From a virus (Duplodnaviria > Caudoviricetes): 26,157 nucleotides of DNA. The position numbers were made by a program, and so were the translations under genes. The stretch covers positions 1 to 26,157 of the IMG/VR virus record IMGVR_UViG_3300010398_000039; one strand, given 5' to 3'. Shown one piece after another: positions 7,906-15,748 of the stretch (position 1 is the first letter of the stretch; the number at the start of each line of letters is the position of its first letter). The notes beneath the pieces were generated by a model, which was not told the DNA's origin, did no database searches, and saw nothing but the letters and a program-made list of their open reading frames with translations.

Positions 7906-8244
7906 ATGCGAGACAAGTTGGAGATTGCCGCCGACATCCTCAACGAGATCGACGGCAACGATCAGGTTGACATTGCCCAGCAGTACGTCGCGGACGCGCT
8001 TGCCGAGCTACAACCCGCGAAGGTCTACGTGGTGCTGTTCCACGACGTGTGGGACAACGGCAACGACCCGGGCGTCGAGAACGAGAACGGCGAACCGGAG
8101 ACCACCAGCATCGAGCGTATCTTCGCCCATCGCGCGGCAGCCGAGGATCTGGTGGCGTCATTCAAGGCGCCCGACTTCAACCTCAAGGCGTCCCACTCCT
8201 TCTTCACGATCGAGGAGTGGGCCCTCGACGATAGCGCAGAGTGA
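7906..8244 (+). CDS. Hypothetical protein (small acidic phage protein)
   Basis: ATG after AAGGAGCTACC (MRDKLEIAAD...); 3' part of track ORF 7594..8244. Confidence 0.75.
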   Translation: MRDKLEIAADILNEIDGNDQVDIAQQYVADALAELQPAKVYVVLFHDVWDNGNDPGVENENGEPETTSIERIFAHRAAAEDLVASFKAPDFNLKASHSFFTIEEWALDDSAE

Positions 8245-8302
8245 CCGGATCGGGGGCCCTCCCCCTCCGGGCTAATGCGGCGGACCGGTCACAAGCCCGG
8301 TC
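8235..8302 (+). ncRNA. Twister ribozyme, permuted, copy 3 (overlaps upstream stop codon)
   Basis: GCAGAGTG - P1 hairpin CCGGA..GGGGG-CCCT-CCCCC..TCCGG - TAATGCGGC - GACCGG-TCACAAGC-CCGGTC; predicted cut between 8273 and 8274. Confidence 0.85.
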
Positions 8303-8327
8303 AATTCACACCGCAGAGGAGCTACCA

Positions 8328-8540
8328 GTGAGTAGTCAAGCACTTGAGCACTTCGTGCTCTACGACTCGGATGCCAATCCGATCAGTTCGCATCTCGCCG
8401 ACGAGGGCGAGTGCACCGTCACCTGGCTGGGCGAAGCCGTGCTCGATCACGCCAGGCTCAGTCCCGAGCCGCTGCGCCTGGTGCGCGAGATGATCAGCCC
8501 GGACAACGTCGAGTGGTATCGCGGACCGGAGGCCAGCTGA
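8328..8540 (+). CDS. Hypothetical protein
   Basis: GTG after AGGAGCTACC; 3' part of track ORF 8241..8540. Confidence 0.7.
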   Translation: MSSQALEHFVLYDSDANPISSHLADEGECTVTWLGEAVLDHARLSPEPLRLVREMISPDNVEWYRGPEAS

Positions 8541-8812
8541 TGGCCTCCTTCGCCTTCTTCCGCCAGGTCGGTAGTGCCGGCTCGGTAACCGACCTCGTGG
8601 TGAACGTCGATCACGTCATCACGGTCAACCCCAGCATGCTGCGCGAGCGCTCGGTGCTCGTCCTGGCCGGGTCCGAGATAGGCATCGAGGTTCGCGGCGA
8701 CCTGACTCAGGTCGTCGAGACGCTGCGCGCCGCCGTCGATAGTGGTGGCCTGCGCGTGCTGCGCTCGATGGACGCCAGCCTGGCCAAGATGGCCGAGGAA
8801 ACGAGCTACTGA
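8540..8812 (+). CDS. Hypothetical protein
   Basis: TGATG overlap, GGAGG RBS (MASFAFFRQ...). Confidence 0.7.
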   Translation: MASFAFFRQVGSAGSVTDLVVNVDHVITVNPSMLRERSVLVLAGSEIGIEVRGDLTQVVETLRAAVDSGGLRVLRSMDASLAKMAEETSY

Positions 8813-9165
8813 TGGGCCGCGCGATCAGCCGCAGCGGGAGTGAGCCCTTCGCGGCTCACGTCTCCTGCTCGCGCCCCAAGTGCGACCAGCAGCAGGTGCT
8901 CGACGTCGAGCTCGATCAGGCGCTCTTCGAGGAGGTGCATAGGCGCAACCTGTACCTGCTGTCGAAAGAGGAGCGCGACGCGATGGACACGCTGCGTGAC
9001 ATGCAGTTCACGCTGATGTACCAGGCGCCGACCCCGGGTGGCTGGATCAAGCTGACCGAGCCGAACCTCGATCACCCGAGTCAGGCACGCGCCGCGCGCG
9101 AGTTCTGCTCCTGGCGCTGCGTGCGCCTGTTCGCGACCGGTCGCGAGAACGGGAAGGACGTCTGA
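8812..9165 (+). CDS. Hypothetical Cys-containing protein
   Basis: TGATG overlap; CxxxxC and FCSWRC motifs. Confidence 0.7.
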   Translation: MGRAISRSGSEPFAAHVSCSRPKCDQQQVLDVELDQALFEEVHRRNLYLLSKEERDAMDTLRDMQFTLMYQAPTPGGWIKLTEPNLDHPSQARAAREFCSWRCVRLFATGRENGKDV

Positions 9166-9329
9166 TGCCGATCACGGCTGACACGATCTCCGGGCTCACG
9201 CCGCCCCGGTGTATTGCCTGTGGCCAGCCGCTGAGCCAGCTTGAGTGGGCGATGGCCAGCGCGTCGAGGCATGGCCAGCCGGCCCACGCCCGCTGCCTGC
9301 TGCGCCTGCGCGCGCGGAGGCTGCTATGA
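9165..9329 (+). CDS. Small putative zinc-finger protein (54 aa)
   Basis: Manual translation; CIAC...HARC; start and stop overlap both neighbours. Confidence 0.55.
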   Translation: MPITADTISGLTPPRCIACGQPLSQLEWAMASASRHGQPAHARCLLRLRARRLL

Positions 9330-9451
9330 GTGTCGGCGACGCATGGGGGCTGATCATCTGCTTCAGCGTCGCTTTCTGGATCATCGGCGCCTACATGGGA
9401 CTGCTGACCGAGAAAGGGAAACATCGTGACTGCAACTGCAACTGTGGCTAA
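9326..9451 (+). CDS. Small membrane protein
   Basis: GGAGG RBS, ATGA overlap, one hydrophobic helix (WGLIICFSVAFWIIGAYMGLL). Confidence 0.55.
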   Translation: MSVGDAWGLIICFSVAFWIIGAYMGLLTEKGKHRDCNCNCG

Positions 9452-9701
9452 GAACCCGGCCGGCGCGCGCTTCGTCGGCGCGCGCGAGCTCCTGGGCCTG
9501 ACCCAGACAGAGCTCGGTTTCCGGCTCGGTGTCCACTACACGACGGTCGCGCGTTGGGAGACGAGCGAAGCTGGCCCGCCGCTGATGGCTCAGTGGGCGA
9601 TGGTCGGGCTGCTGCTCGAATCCGACCTGAAGCCTGCCGCTGCCCACCGGTTCGCAGACCGGATCGGGCAGCGGCTCGAGGTGACTGATGACGATGCCTG
9701 A
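9426..9701 (+). CDS. XRE-family helix-turn-helix regulator
   Basis: ARELLGLTQTELGFRLGVHYTTVARWE. Confidence 0.88.
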   Translation: MTATATVAKNPAGARFVGARELLGLTQTELGFRLGVHYTTVARWETSEAGPPLMAQWAMVGLLLESDLKPAAAHRFADRIGQRLEVTDDDA

Positions 9702-9996
9702 TTTCGGCGAGCCTCAGATCTTCTTCCTATCGCTCACAACGCCCGAGGGCAAGCCCTACACCGGTCGCCTTACGGGCTGGCAAGTCTTCGACGGCAGACC
9801 TAGCCATCATGGCCATCACACGCTCTACAAGACCGTGGATGGCCGCTATCTCCTGTATGGCAAGTCGTCGGAAGCGCCGCGCGATATCACCGGCAACATC
9901 ACGTCCAGCCGGTATGGCCTTGATCAGTGGTTTGAACGCGACGAAGTGGTCGCGATCCGAGAAATTCTCGGGCTCGAATCGGTTATCGATCTTTAG
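9688..9996 (+). CDS. Hypothetical protein
   Basis: GAGGTG RBS; last gene of the plus-strand operon. Confidence 0.65.
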   Translation: MTMPDFGEPQIFFLSLTTPEGKPYTGRLTGWQVFDGRPSHHGHHTLYKTVDGRYLLYGKSSEAPRDITGNITSSRYGLDQWFERDEVVAIREILGLESVIDL

Positions 9997-10008
9997 AACA
10001 TATGTTCT
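9995..10008. promoter_or_regulatory. Perfect LexA(SOS)-box-like palindrome AGAAC-ATAT-GTTCT
   Basis: Exact match to the GAAC-N4-GTTC box of Gram-positive-type/Chloroflexota LexA. Confidence 0.5.
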
Positions 10009-10045
10009 GGTGCTAATGCTCGTTTTCGAGCATTAGCACCAGAAC
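10004..10045. repeat. 19-bp perfect inverted repeat containing CATTAGCACC (origin element and/or terminator between convergent operons)
   Basis: GTTCTGGTGCTAATGCTCG-TTTT-CGAGCATTAGCACCAGAAC; another GGTGCTAATG near 10100. Confidence 0.85.
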
Positions 10046-10116
10046 GTGTGTCCTAATTTTGATCTCAGACCCCCCTGTGGTGAGTAATTTGGTGCAAGTG
10101 GTGCTAATGCCTATTT

Positions 10117-12477
10117 TCAGCTACCTCTGGCGGGTGGGTAGACCCAGATCTTGGCCTGTCCACCGGTGCCCTCGCGCCTGACCACGCGCTCGCCGCCGTA
10201 GTTCGCGGCGTAGGCACTCATGACGGCGTTAAACAGCTTCGCATCGCGGCAGACGATGCGCCGCCGCCGGAGCTCGTGCTGCTGGATGCGGCCCTCGCCG
10301 TGGCGCAGCGCTTCGAGCGCCGGGATGAGCTTGGTCAGCACGAGCTTGTTGGCCTGGGTGTCCTGTTGCGTCACCCCGGCCACGTCTTCCTCGCCCAGCG
10401 CGTGCCAGCAACGGACGCTGAAGCGCACGATCGCGCCGGCGGCTTCGACGATCCAAGCAGGAATCTCGCCGCCTCGGCCCGGGCTCTCGAACTCGGCCAG
10501 GACAAGCGCGACGCGCGACAGATGAACCGAGCCGCGCAGGAAGATCGCGCGCACTGTATCGCTCTGGCCGGGCAAGTAAGCCTCGGCGCGCCAGAGCTTG
10601 AGGATCTTGTCGAACATCTTGCGTGTCTCGTTTTCTGGATCCTTGGGGATGAGCCAGACACGTCGCTGGGCGCGTAGATCGAGCAGCTGCTTGATGCGCT
10701 CGTTCCATTCGAACGGAACGCCGTCGTCGCGCTCGACTATGTCCGGGCCCGGGTCACGCGCCAGGAAGGGCAGCCAGCGCGAGCGCATGCCGTCGCCATG
10801 GGCTGGGCCGAGCAGGTGTTGGTTCGTTGGCACGAGCCCACCCAGGACTGGCACGGTCGGCTTCTCGATGTAGAGCGCGATCTTGTTCCGAGGACTACGA
10901 CCGTCACCGCGTCGCCGGTAGGTCATCGGCCGGTCAGCGCTGAACAGATCGAGGAACACGCTACGGTCGAACGATAAGCCACTGTGGCTGTACTGCCCAA
11001 AGCTTTCGAGCAGCTTGCTTAGCTCACCGGTAACGATCGCCAGGGCAGCCGAGCCAGTCTCGTCCTGCATCTGACCCAGGTCGGCCATGAGTGCCGGTAC
11101 GGTGCCCGGATCAGCAATGAGCGGCATCGGCAGCGTCGGCGATTGCAACCCCTGGTCACGCTGGTAATGCCGATCGAGCACCTCGGCCGCTCGTCTGATT
11201 GCGCCATTCTTGCCGCGCGCAGCTTCAACGATGAGTGGAATCCAGAGCACGGCGCGCTCGGCCCGGCCGGCGTCGAGTTCGACGCAACTTTCGCTGCCGA
11301 TGGCGGCGCAGGCGACGCCGAGCCCGGCGCCGATACTCAACGTTGGATCCAGACTCGTGGTCGACGCCAGCTTGCCCCAGAGCGGGCTGAGTACGTCGAT
11401 CGGAAACTCCGGGATCTCCGGCAGCGGCTCTGGCTCGACGTCCTCGATCTCGTCGGGGATCTCGCGCGTGACGCGGTGGTGACCATTGCGTCGCTGCCCA
11501 AGCCTCGGGCTGCTGTCTGGCCGGTAGTCTTTCGAGTCGCCGAAATCAGCTGGCCACCAGGGTGAGCCCTCGCCGTGATGTAATGCGTCCTCGAGCGCGC
11601 GCTCGGTGGCTTCCTCACCGTCGCCACCGTCGCGCGGCGACATGGTCAGCCCGTTGACGTCGCACGCCGCGAGCAGCGACTGACGCGCGTTCTGCGCGTC
11701 CAGTAGGCCATTGGCCACGAGTCCGCCAGCTGCCTCGGCGACCTGCATGAGCCGCGCCCGGCGCGAGCCCGGCACCTGCTCGCTCAGTTCGTTCACCCAC
11801 TTGGCCAGCATGCCGGCCGCGCGCCGATCCTCGAAACGACCGGGCGTCGTGCTGCCGGTCCGCTCTTTTTTCTTCTTTTCCCGCACCGGCGGAAGCTCGC
11901 GCCAGTCGAGCGCGTCGCCCTCCTGGGCGAAGAAGCGGCGCGAGCTCGCGCCGCACGTCAGCCACATCATGCGCGAGCTGTCTTTCGTCGCCGGATCGAG
12001 CCAGCCCTTCAGCAGCTGGTTCACGCGCGCCCAGGCCTCGTTGTAGTCGGCGCCCGGAATCGGCGACACCAGCCGGACCAACACGCGCCAGCGCAGCGCG
12101 TCGGGTTTCGAGTTGAACGTCTCGACGAGGAAGACGTCGTAACCACGCAGCCGATCGAGGACGTCCTCCGCGGTCACCCCGATGTCGACGTCGAGGATCA
12201 GCACGCTCACCTCGACGACGTTCTCCTGCTTGCGCTGGGGTGGGTCGAACATCGCCGGCGACATCAGCCCGACCTCCTGGTTACGCGCCTCTTTCGTCGC
12301 CGCGGGGCGCGTTTTCGCCCAGCCATCCTTCAGCTGCTGCCAGGTAAAAGTGCGAACGACGGGCTTCGTGTCGTGGACATTCCGGAACAAACTGACGTGC
12401 AGGGAATCTTGCGCTGGTGTAGGCTGCACCGCAGCAGACTCCTGTTCTGGTGTCTCGGGTCTGTCACAGGCAGCCAA
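10117..12477 (-). CDS. Primase-like replication protein with C-terminal DUF3987-like domain
   Basis: N-terminal LILDVD ... RWRVLVRL ... DPATKDSSRM primase-polymerase-like motifs; C-terminal segments (LWIPLI..RGKN, ELSKLL, LGGLVP, DGMRSRWL) resembling DUF3987/YfjI. Confidence 0.7.
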   Translation of the reverse strand: MAACDRPETPEQESAAVQPTPAQDSLHVSLFRNVHDTKPVVRTFTWQQLKDGWAKTRPAATKEARNQEVGLMSPAMFDPPQRKQENVVEVSVLILDVDIGVTAEDVLDRLRGYDVFLVETFNSKPDALRWRVLVRLVSPIPGADYNEAWARVNQLLKGWLDPATKDSSRMMWLTCGASSRRFFAQEGDALDWRELPPVREKKKKERTGSTTPGRFEDRRAAGMLAKWVNELSEQVPGSRRARLMQVAEAAGGLVANGLLDAQNARQSLLAACDVNGLTMSPRDGGDGEEATERALEDALHHGEGSPWWPADFGDSKDYRPDSSPRLGQRRNGHHRVTREIPDEIEDVEPEPLPEIPEFPIDVLSPLWGKLASTTSLDPTLSIGAGLGVACAAIGSESCVELDAGRAERAVLWIPLIVEAARGKNGAIRRAAEVLDRHYQRDQGLQSPTLPMPLIADPGTVPALMADLGQMQDETGSAALAIVTGELSKLLESFGQYSHSGLSFDRSVFLDLFSADRPMTYRRRGDGRSPRNKIALYIEKPTVPVLGGLVPTNQHLLGPAHGDGMRSRWLPFLARDPGPDIVERDDGVPFEWNERIKQLLDLRAQRRVWLIPKDPENETRKMFDKILKLWRAEAYLPGQSDTVRAIFLRGSVHLSRVALVLAEFESPGRGGEIPAWIVEAAGAIVRFSVRCWHALGEEDVAGVTQQDTQANKLVLTKLIPALEALRHGEGRIQQHELRRRRIVCRDAKLFNAVMSAYAANYGGERVVRREGTGGQAKIWVYPPARGS

Positions 12478-12553
12478 GAGCGCCGCCTGGCCCGGCTGAC
12501 GGTTCGGGGTAAGGCGGTGCTGGCTGACCTGTTTGATTCCCGGAGGAGCCAGG

Positions 12554-14299
12554 TTACTCCTGCGGCGCGACCTCCCGCACGGGCGGGCGCGTCACACGTC
12601 GCAGCGCCCGCCGCGCGAACTCGTTGTCGAGCGCGTCCGAGGCCTCGCGCTTGGTCGCCGCCGGCGGCAGCTTGAACTTGGTCAGCAGTTCGACCTGACG
12701 CTCGCTCGGCGCGTCGTCACGCTTCCGCCAGCGCGCCTTGGCGTCGAGCAGGTAGGGCGGCTTCAGGTCGCGCGCGATGTCGCCGGCGACGCCGAGCGCG
12801 TAGCCGTGGTCCAGGCCCTCGCCGAGGATCTCGACGCCGTAGCTGTCGACGAAGCCGGCGAAGTTGATGTGCGGGTGCAGGCGCAGCGCGCGGTAGGTTG
12901 CGCCGGTGCGCTCGACGAGCACCCAGCCCTGCGGCTGGAGCGTCGTCTCGTTCTTGCCCAGGTCGATCATGAACACGCCAGATTCCGGCTTCGCCCACTT
13001 GAGCGGCGCCCGTGCCAGCATGTCGACCTCGCGCGCCTCGGCCTCCTGGCCGACCAGGACGCGTGTTTTTCTCTTCTTCTCCTCCTTGAGCAGCATCTCC
13101 AGGTCGCCGAGCATGCCGAGCTCGCCGGTCAGATCCTCGTCGCTGATGTCGACGGCGTGACCGACCTCCTCCTCAAGCTCGCGGCCGATCAGCGACGCGG
13201 CCGTCTCGAGCCGCTTGTGGTCGCTGTTGCCGACCATGTCGAGGACCAGGCAGTGCTCCTTGTCGGGGTAGGGCCGGAGGCCTCGGCCGATGATCTGCTG
13301 GTAGAGCGCCCGACTCTGCGTCGGCCGAGCCATGACGATGCAGTCGACACTCGGCTCGTCCCAGCCCTCGGTCAGCACGCCGACCGAACTGATCGCGTCG
13401 AGCTTGCCGTCGGCCAGCGCCCGATAGATCCGGCGGCGCTCGTCGGGTGGCGTCTCGCCGATCACCAGTTCGCAGCTGAAGCCCTGCTCGCGCACGGCGC
13501 CCATGGTTGCCACCGCGACGTCGACAATCGGCGTGAAGATCGCCGAGCGTCGACCGCGGGCGTGCTCGGCCATGCCCTCGGCGATGTAGCGGTGGGCGTT
13601 GGCCTCGATCATGGCCTCGCCGAGCGACTTGTCGGTGAAGTCACCGTCGCTCTTGCGCACCTCGGCCAGGTTGATCGGCATGGTCACGCGCAGCGCCTTC
13701 AGGTCGGTCAGGTAGCCCTGCTTGATCAGGCTGAGCATCTTGATCTGGAAGGCGATCGACTGGAACGTGCCGGTGCCGTCGCTCTTGCCCAGGCCCTGGC
13801 CGTCCATCCGATCAGAAGTGGCGGTGCAGCCGAACAGCAGCGGGCCGTCTGGCTGGTCGGCGCGCAGCGCCTGGAGCACCAGCTGATAGGTCGCGGCCGG
13901 CGCGTGGTGCGCCTCGTCGATCCAGATCAGCCCGTAGTTGAAGCGCATCAGCTGCTCGAGCCGGTTCTCGCGCCAGATCGTCTGGATCGAGGCGATTGTG
14001 TGGCGCTTGCCGAGCTCGTTGCGCTCAGCTTTGACCACGCCGATGTCGTCACGCGCGACGCCGAGGAAGCCGAGCTTCTCGATCGTCTGCGTGACGAGCT
14101 CGTCGCGGTGGACGATCGTCAGCGTGCCCGTCTTGCGCTTGAAGTCGCGCAGCACAGTGCCGCAGACGATCGTCTTGCCGGCGCCGGTCGGGCTGACCAG
14201 GAGTGTGCGGTTGCCGGCGACGAGCTCGCGCTTGATCGCCTCGACGGACGCGACCTGATAGTCGCGCAGATGTACAGTTGGGGCCGGAGTTGTGGTCAC
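12554..14299 (-). CDS. Superfamily 2 DEAD/DEAH-box helicase
   Basis: LRDYQ, PTGAGKT, DEAHH, TAT, LTEGWD, QIIGRGLR. Confidence 0.96.
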   Translation of the reverse strand: MTTTPAPTVHLRDYQVASVEAIKRELVAGNRTLLVSPTGAGKTIVCGTVLRDFKRKTGTLTIVHRDELVTQTIEKLGFLGVARDDIGVVKAERNELGKRHTIASIQTIWRENRLEQLMRFNYGLIWIDEAHHAPAATYQLVLQALRADQPDGPLLFGCTATSDRMDGQGLGKSDGTGTFQSIAFQIKMLSLIKQGYLTDLKALRVTMPINLAEVRKSDGDFTDKSLGEAMIEANAHRYIAEGMAEHARGRRSAIFTPIVDVAVATMGAVREQGFSCELVIGETPPDERRRIYRALADGKLDAISSVGVLTEGWDEPSVDCIVMARPTQSRALYQQIIGRGLRPYPDKEHCLVLDMVGNSDHKRLETAASLIGRELEEEVGHAVDISDEDLTGELGMLGDLEMLLKEEKKRKTRVLVGQEAEAREVDMLARAPLKWAKPESGVFMIDLGKNETTLQPQGWVLVERTGATYRALRLHPHINFAGFVDSYGVEILGEGLDHGYALGVAGDIARDLKPPYLLDAKARWRKRDDAPSERQVELLTKFKLPPAATKREASDALDNEFARRALRRVTRPPVREVAPQE

Positions 14300-14766
14300 T
14301 TCACACTCCCTTGCGGTGACGTGGTCGCGGGCCGGGCAGTTGGTAGCTCCCCTGTCTCGCGACCCTCCCGCTCGAACGGCAGCTGGTACTGCTGCCAGGT
14401 CATCGAACCGTCGTAGATTTCGCCCGCTTGCAGGGGTGGCCGTACTTGGTCGGCCGATTTAGCTCGTCGAGCTCGCACCACTTGCCGGGCCGAGCCTCGC
14501 CGCGGTTCAGCGCCAGGTAGATCGGCCGCGCGCACATCGGACACGGCCTCACCCGCTGACGCCGGCCCGTGAACGGGCACGTCACCCGTGGTGGCCAGCT
14601 GGGCATGTTCTCTCTTCCTCCCGGTCAACGAGACGTTCAGCTCGGGGTGCGCGGCAGCGATGCGCCCGAGCTCGAACAGCATGTCCTCGATCGTGATCCG
14701 ATCGCGATCGTGCTGCGCCTGGAGCAGGGCGATCAGCTTCTTGTGTCCGGCGCACCCGCGCTGCAT
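14296..14766 (-). CDS. Hypothetical protein
   Basis: ATG at 14766 after AGGAGA; GTGA overlap with the helicase start. Confidence 0.5.
   Translation of the reverse strand: MQRGCAGHKKLIALLQAQHDRDRITIEDMLFELGRIAAAHPELNVSLTGRKREHAQLATTGDVPVHGPASAGEAVSDVRAADLPGAEPRRGSARQVVRARRAKSADQVRPPLQAGEIYDGSMTWQQYQLPFEREGRETGELPTARPATTSPQGSVK
14400..14606 (-). CDS. Small Cys-rich basic protein (nested alternative frame)
   Basis: GAGGAAG RBS; CPMC...HPC. Confidence 0.45.
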   Translation of the reverse strand: MPSWPPRVTCPFTGRRQRVRPCPMCARPIYLALNRGEARPGKWCELDELNRPTKYGHPCKRAKSTTVR

Positions 14767-14772
14767 TCTCCT

Positions 14773-14809
14773 ACTATGGCTTGCCGCGTTGCTTAAAAGC
14801 AACTAAGGT
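14773..14809. promoter_or_regulatory. Divergent overlapping promoters with central operator-like palindrome
   Basis: Plus strand TTGCCG-17-TAAGGT (14781-14809); minus strand TTGCTT-18-CATAGT; palindrome GTTGCTT-AA-AAGCAAC (14788-14803). Confidence 0.6.
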
Positions 14810-14815
14810 TGGCAG

Positions 14816-15061
14816 ATGGAACACCCCATCCGCACCGTTGCACGGGGTCAGGGCCGTTCCCTGACATGGTTAGCCCGCGAAGTCGGCCTGTCGTACGGCT
14901 ACTTCCAGCAGCTGCTCCTGCCACCCGGCCATGTGCGCTGGCGCCCAGCACCGTCTGGCTTCTACAAACGTGTTGCGCGGATTCTCGGTGTGCCCGAGAG
15001 GGAAGTCCACTGGCCCAGCGGCGGCACAGTCAGTCATGACGACAAGGTTGAGGCTGCATAG
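14816..15061 (+). CDS. Cro/XRE-like HTH protein
   Basis: GRSLTWLAREVGLSYGYFQQLL ... RVARILGVP. Confidence 0.75.
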   Translation: MEHPIRTVARGQGRSLTWLAREVGLSYGYFQQLLLPPGHVRWRPAPSGFYKRVARILGVPEREVHWPSGGTVSHDDKVEAA

Positions 15062-15378
15062 TGGCGACGCTCGTCGGCGCCGTCGCGCTCGCCGCGTCCA
15101 TGTTCGGTCAGGTCGAATCCTGGCCATGGGATCAGCTCGCCGAATGCGAGTCTCGTGGCCAGTGGCAGATCGATACCGGGAATGGGTACAGCGGCGGCTT
15201 GCAGATGGATCCGACGTTCTGGCGCGTACATGGCGGACTCGAATACGCCGCGCGCCCGTCCTGGGCCACACGATCCGAACAGATCCAGGTTGCCATCAAC
15301 GGGAGGGACGGCATCGTCGGCTACGCACAGGGTTACTACGCCTGGCCCACCTGTGCGCGAATCCTAGGATTGATCTGA
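15061..15378 (+). CDS. Resuscitation-promoting factor (Rpf)-like lytic transglycosylase
   Basis: WDQLAECES-G-W-IDTGNGYSGGLQ, ATRSEQIQVA and AWPTC match the Rpf domain, including the catalytic Glu and both Cys; hydrophobic N-terminus. Confidence 0.9.
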   Translation: MATLVGAVALAASMFGQVESWPWDQLAECESRGQWQIDTGNGYSGGLQMDPTFWRVHGGLEYAARPSWATRSEQIQVAINGRDGIVGYAQGYYAWPTCARILGLI

Positions 15379-15380
15379 CC

Positions 15381-15420
15381 TTGCAGTCAATTTGCCCAGC
15401 CTGTATGCTGGGCAAATTGA
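15381..15420 (+). promoter_or_regulatory. Sigma70-type promoter overlapped by a 14-bp perfect inverted repeat
   Basis: TTGCAG-17-TATGCT; TCAATTTGCCCAGC-ctgtat-GCTGGGCAAATTGA (15387-15420). Confidence 0.65.
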
Positions 15421-15433
15421 AAGGAGCTACCGA

Positions 15434-15748
15434 GTGGACGGACTGGCCACCGGGCCCGTGAAACCAGTTCACGGATTGGAGCTAACGAGCTTCGACCCAG
15501 CGCGGGGGCGCTTTCTGCTGGTCGATTCCTGGGTCGATGAAGAGGGCGAGCACCGCGTCTCGATGTATCGCTTTCGTGACATTGTCGACGCCGCGGTGTT
15601 CAAGACGCTGCTGCTCGACGACTACAAGCGCTGGGCGCCGGCAAGCACTGTCGAGGTGTACGACCTGATGACCAACGCTGGCTTCGCCGACATGGATGAC
15701 CTCCGGAGCGAGCTCGATCGGCTTGCCGGAGACGAGGAGACTAAATGA
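15434..15748 (+). CDS. Hypothetical protein
   Basis: GTG after AAGGAGCTACC; frame of track ORF 15392..15748. Confidence 0.7.
   Translation: MDGLATGPVKPVHGLELTSFDPARGRFLLVDSWVDEEGEHRVSMYRFRDIVDAAVFKTLLLDDYKRWAPASTVEVYDLMTNAGFADMDDLRSELDRLAGDEETK

Noticed and set aside
5676-8327. Intergenic repeats as rho-independent terminators or REP/IS ends
   Set aside because: No U-tracts and no transposase; the conserved unpaired bases and covariation fit the twister core
12533-14416. 627-aa plus-strand ORF
   Set aside because: Antisense shadow of the helicase, expected in high-GC DNA; the same applies to 1820..2764, 23033..23998 and 24238..25155
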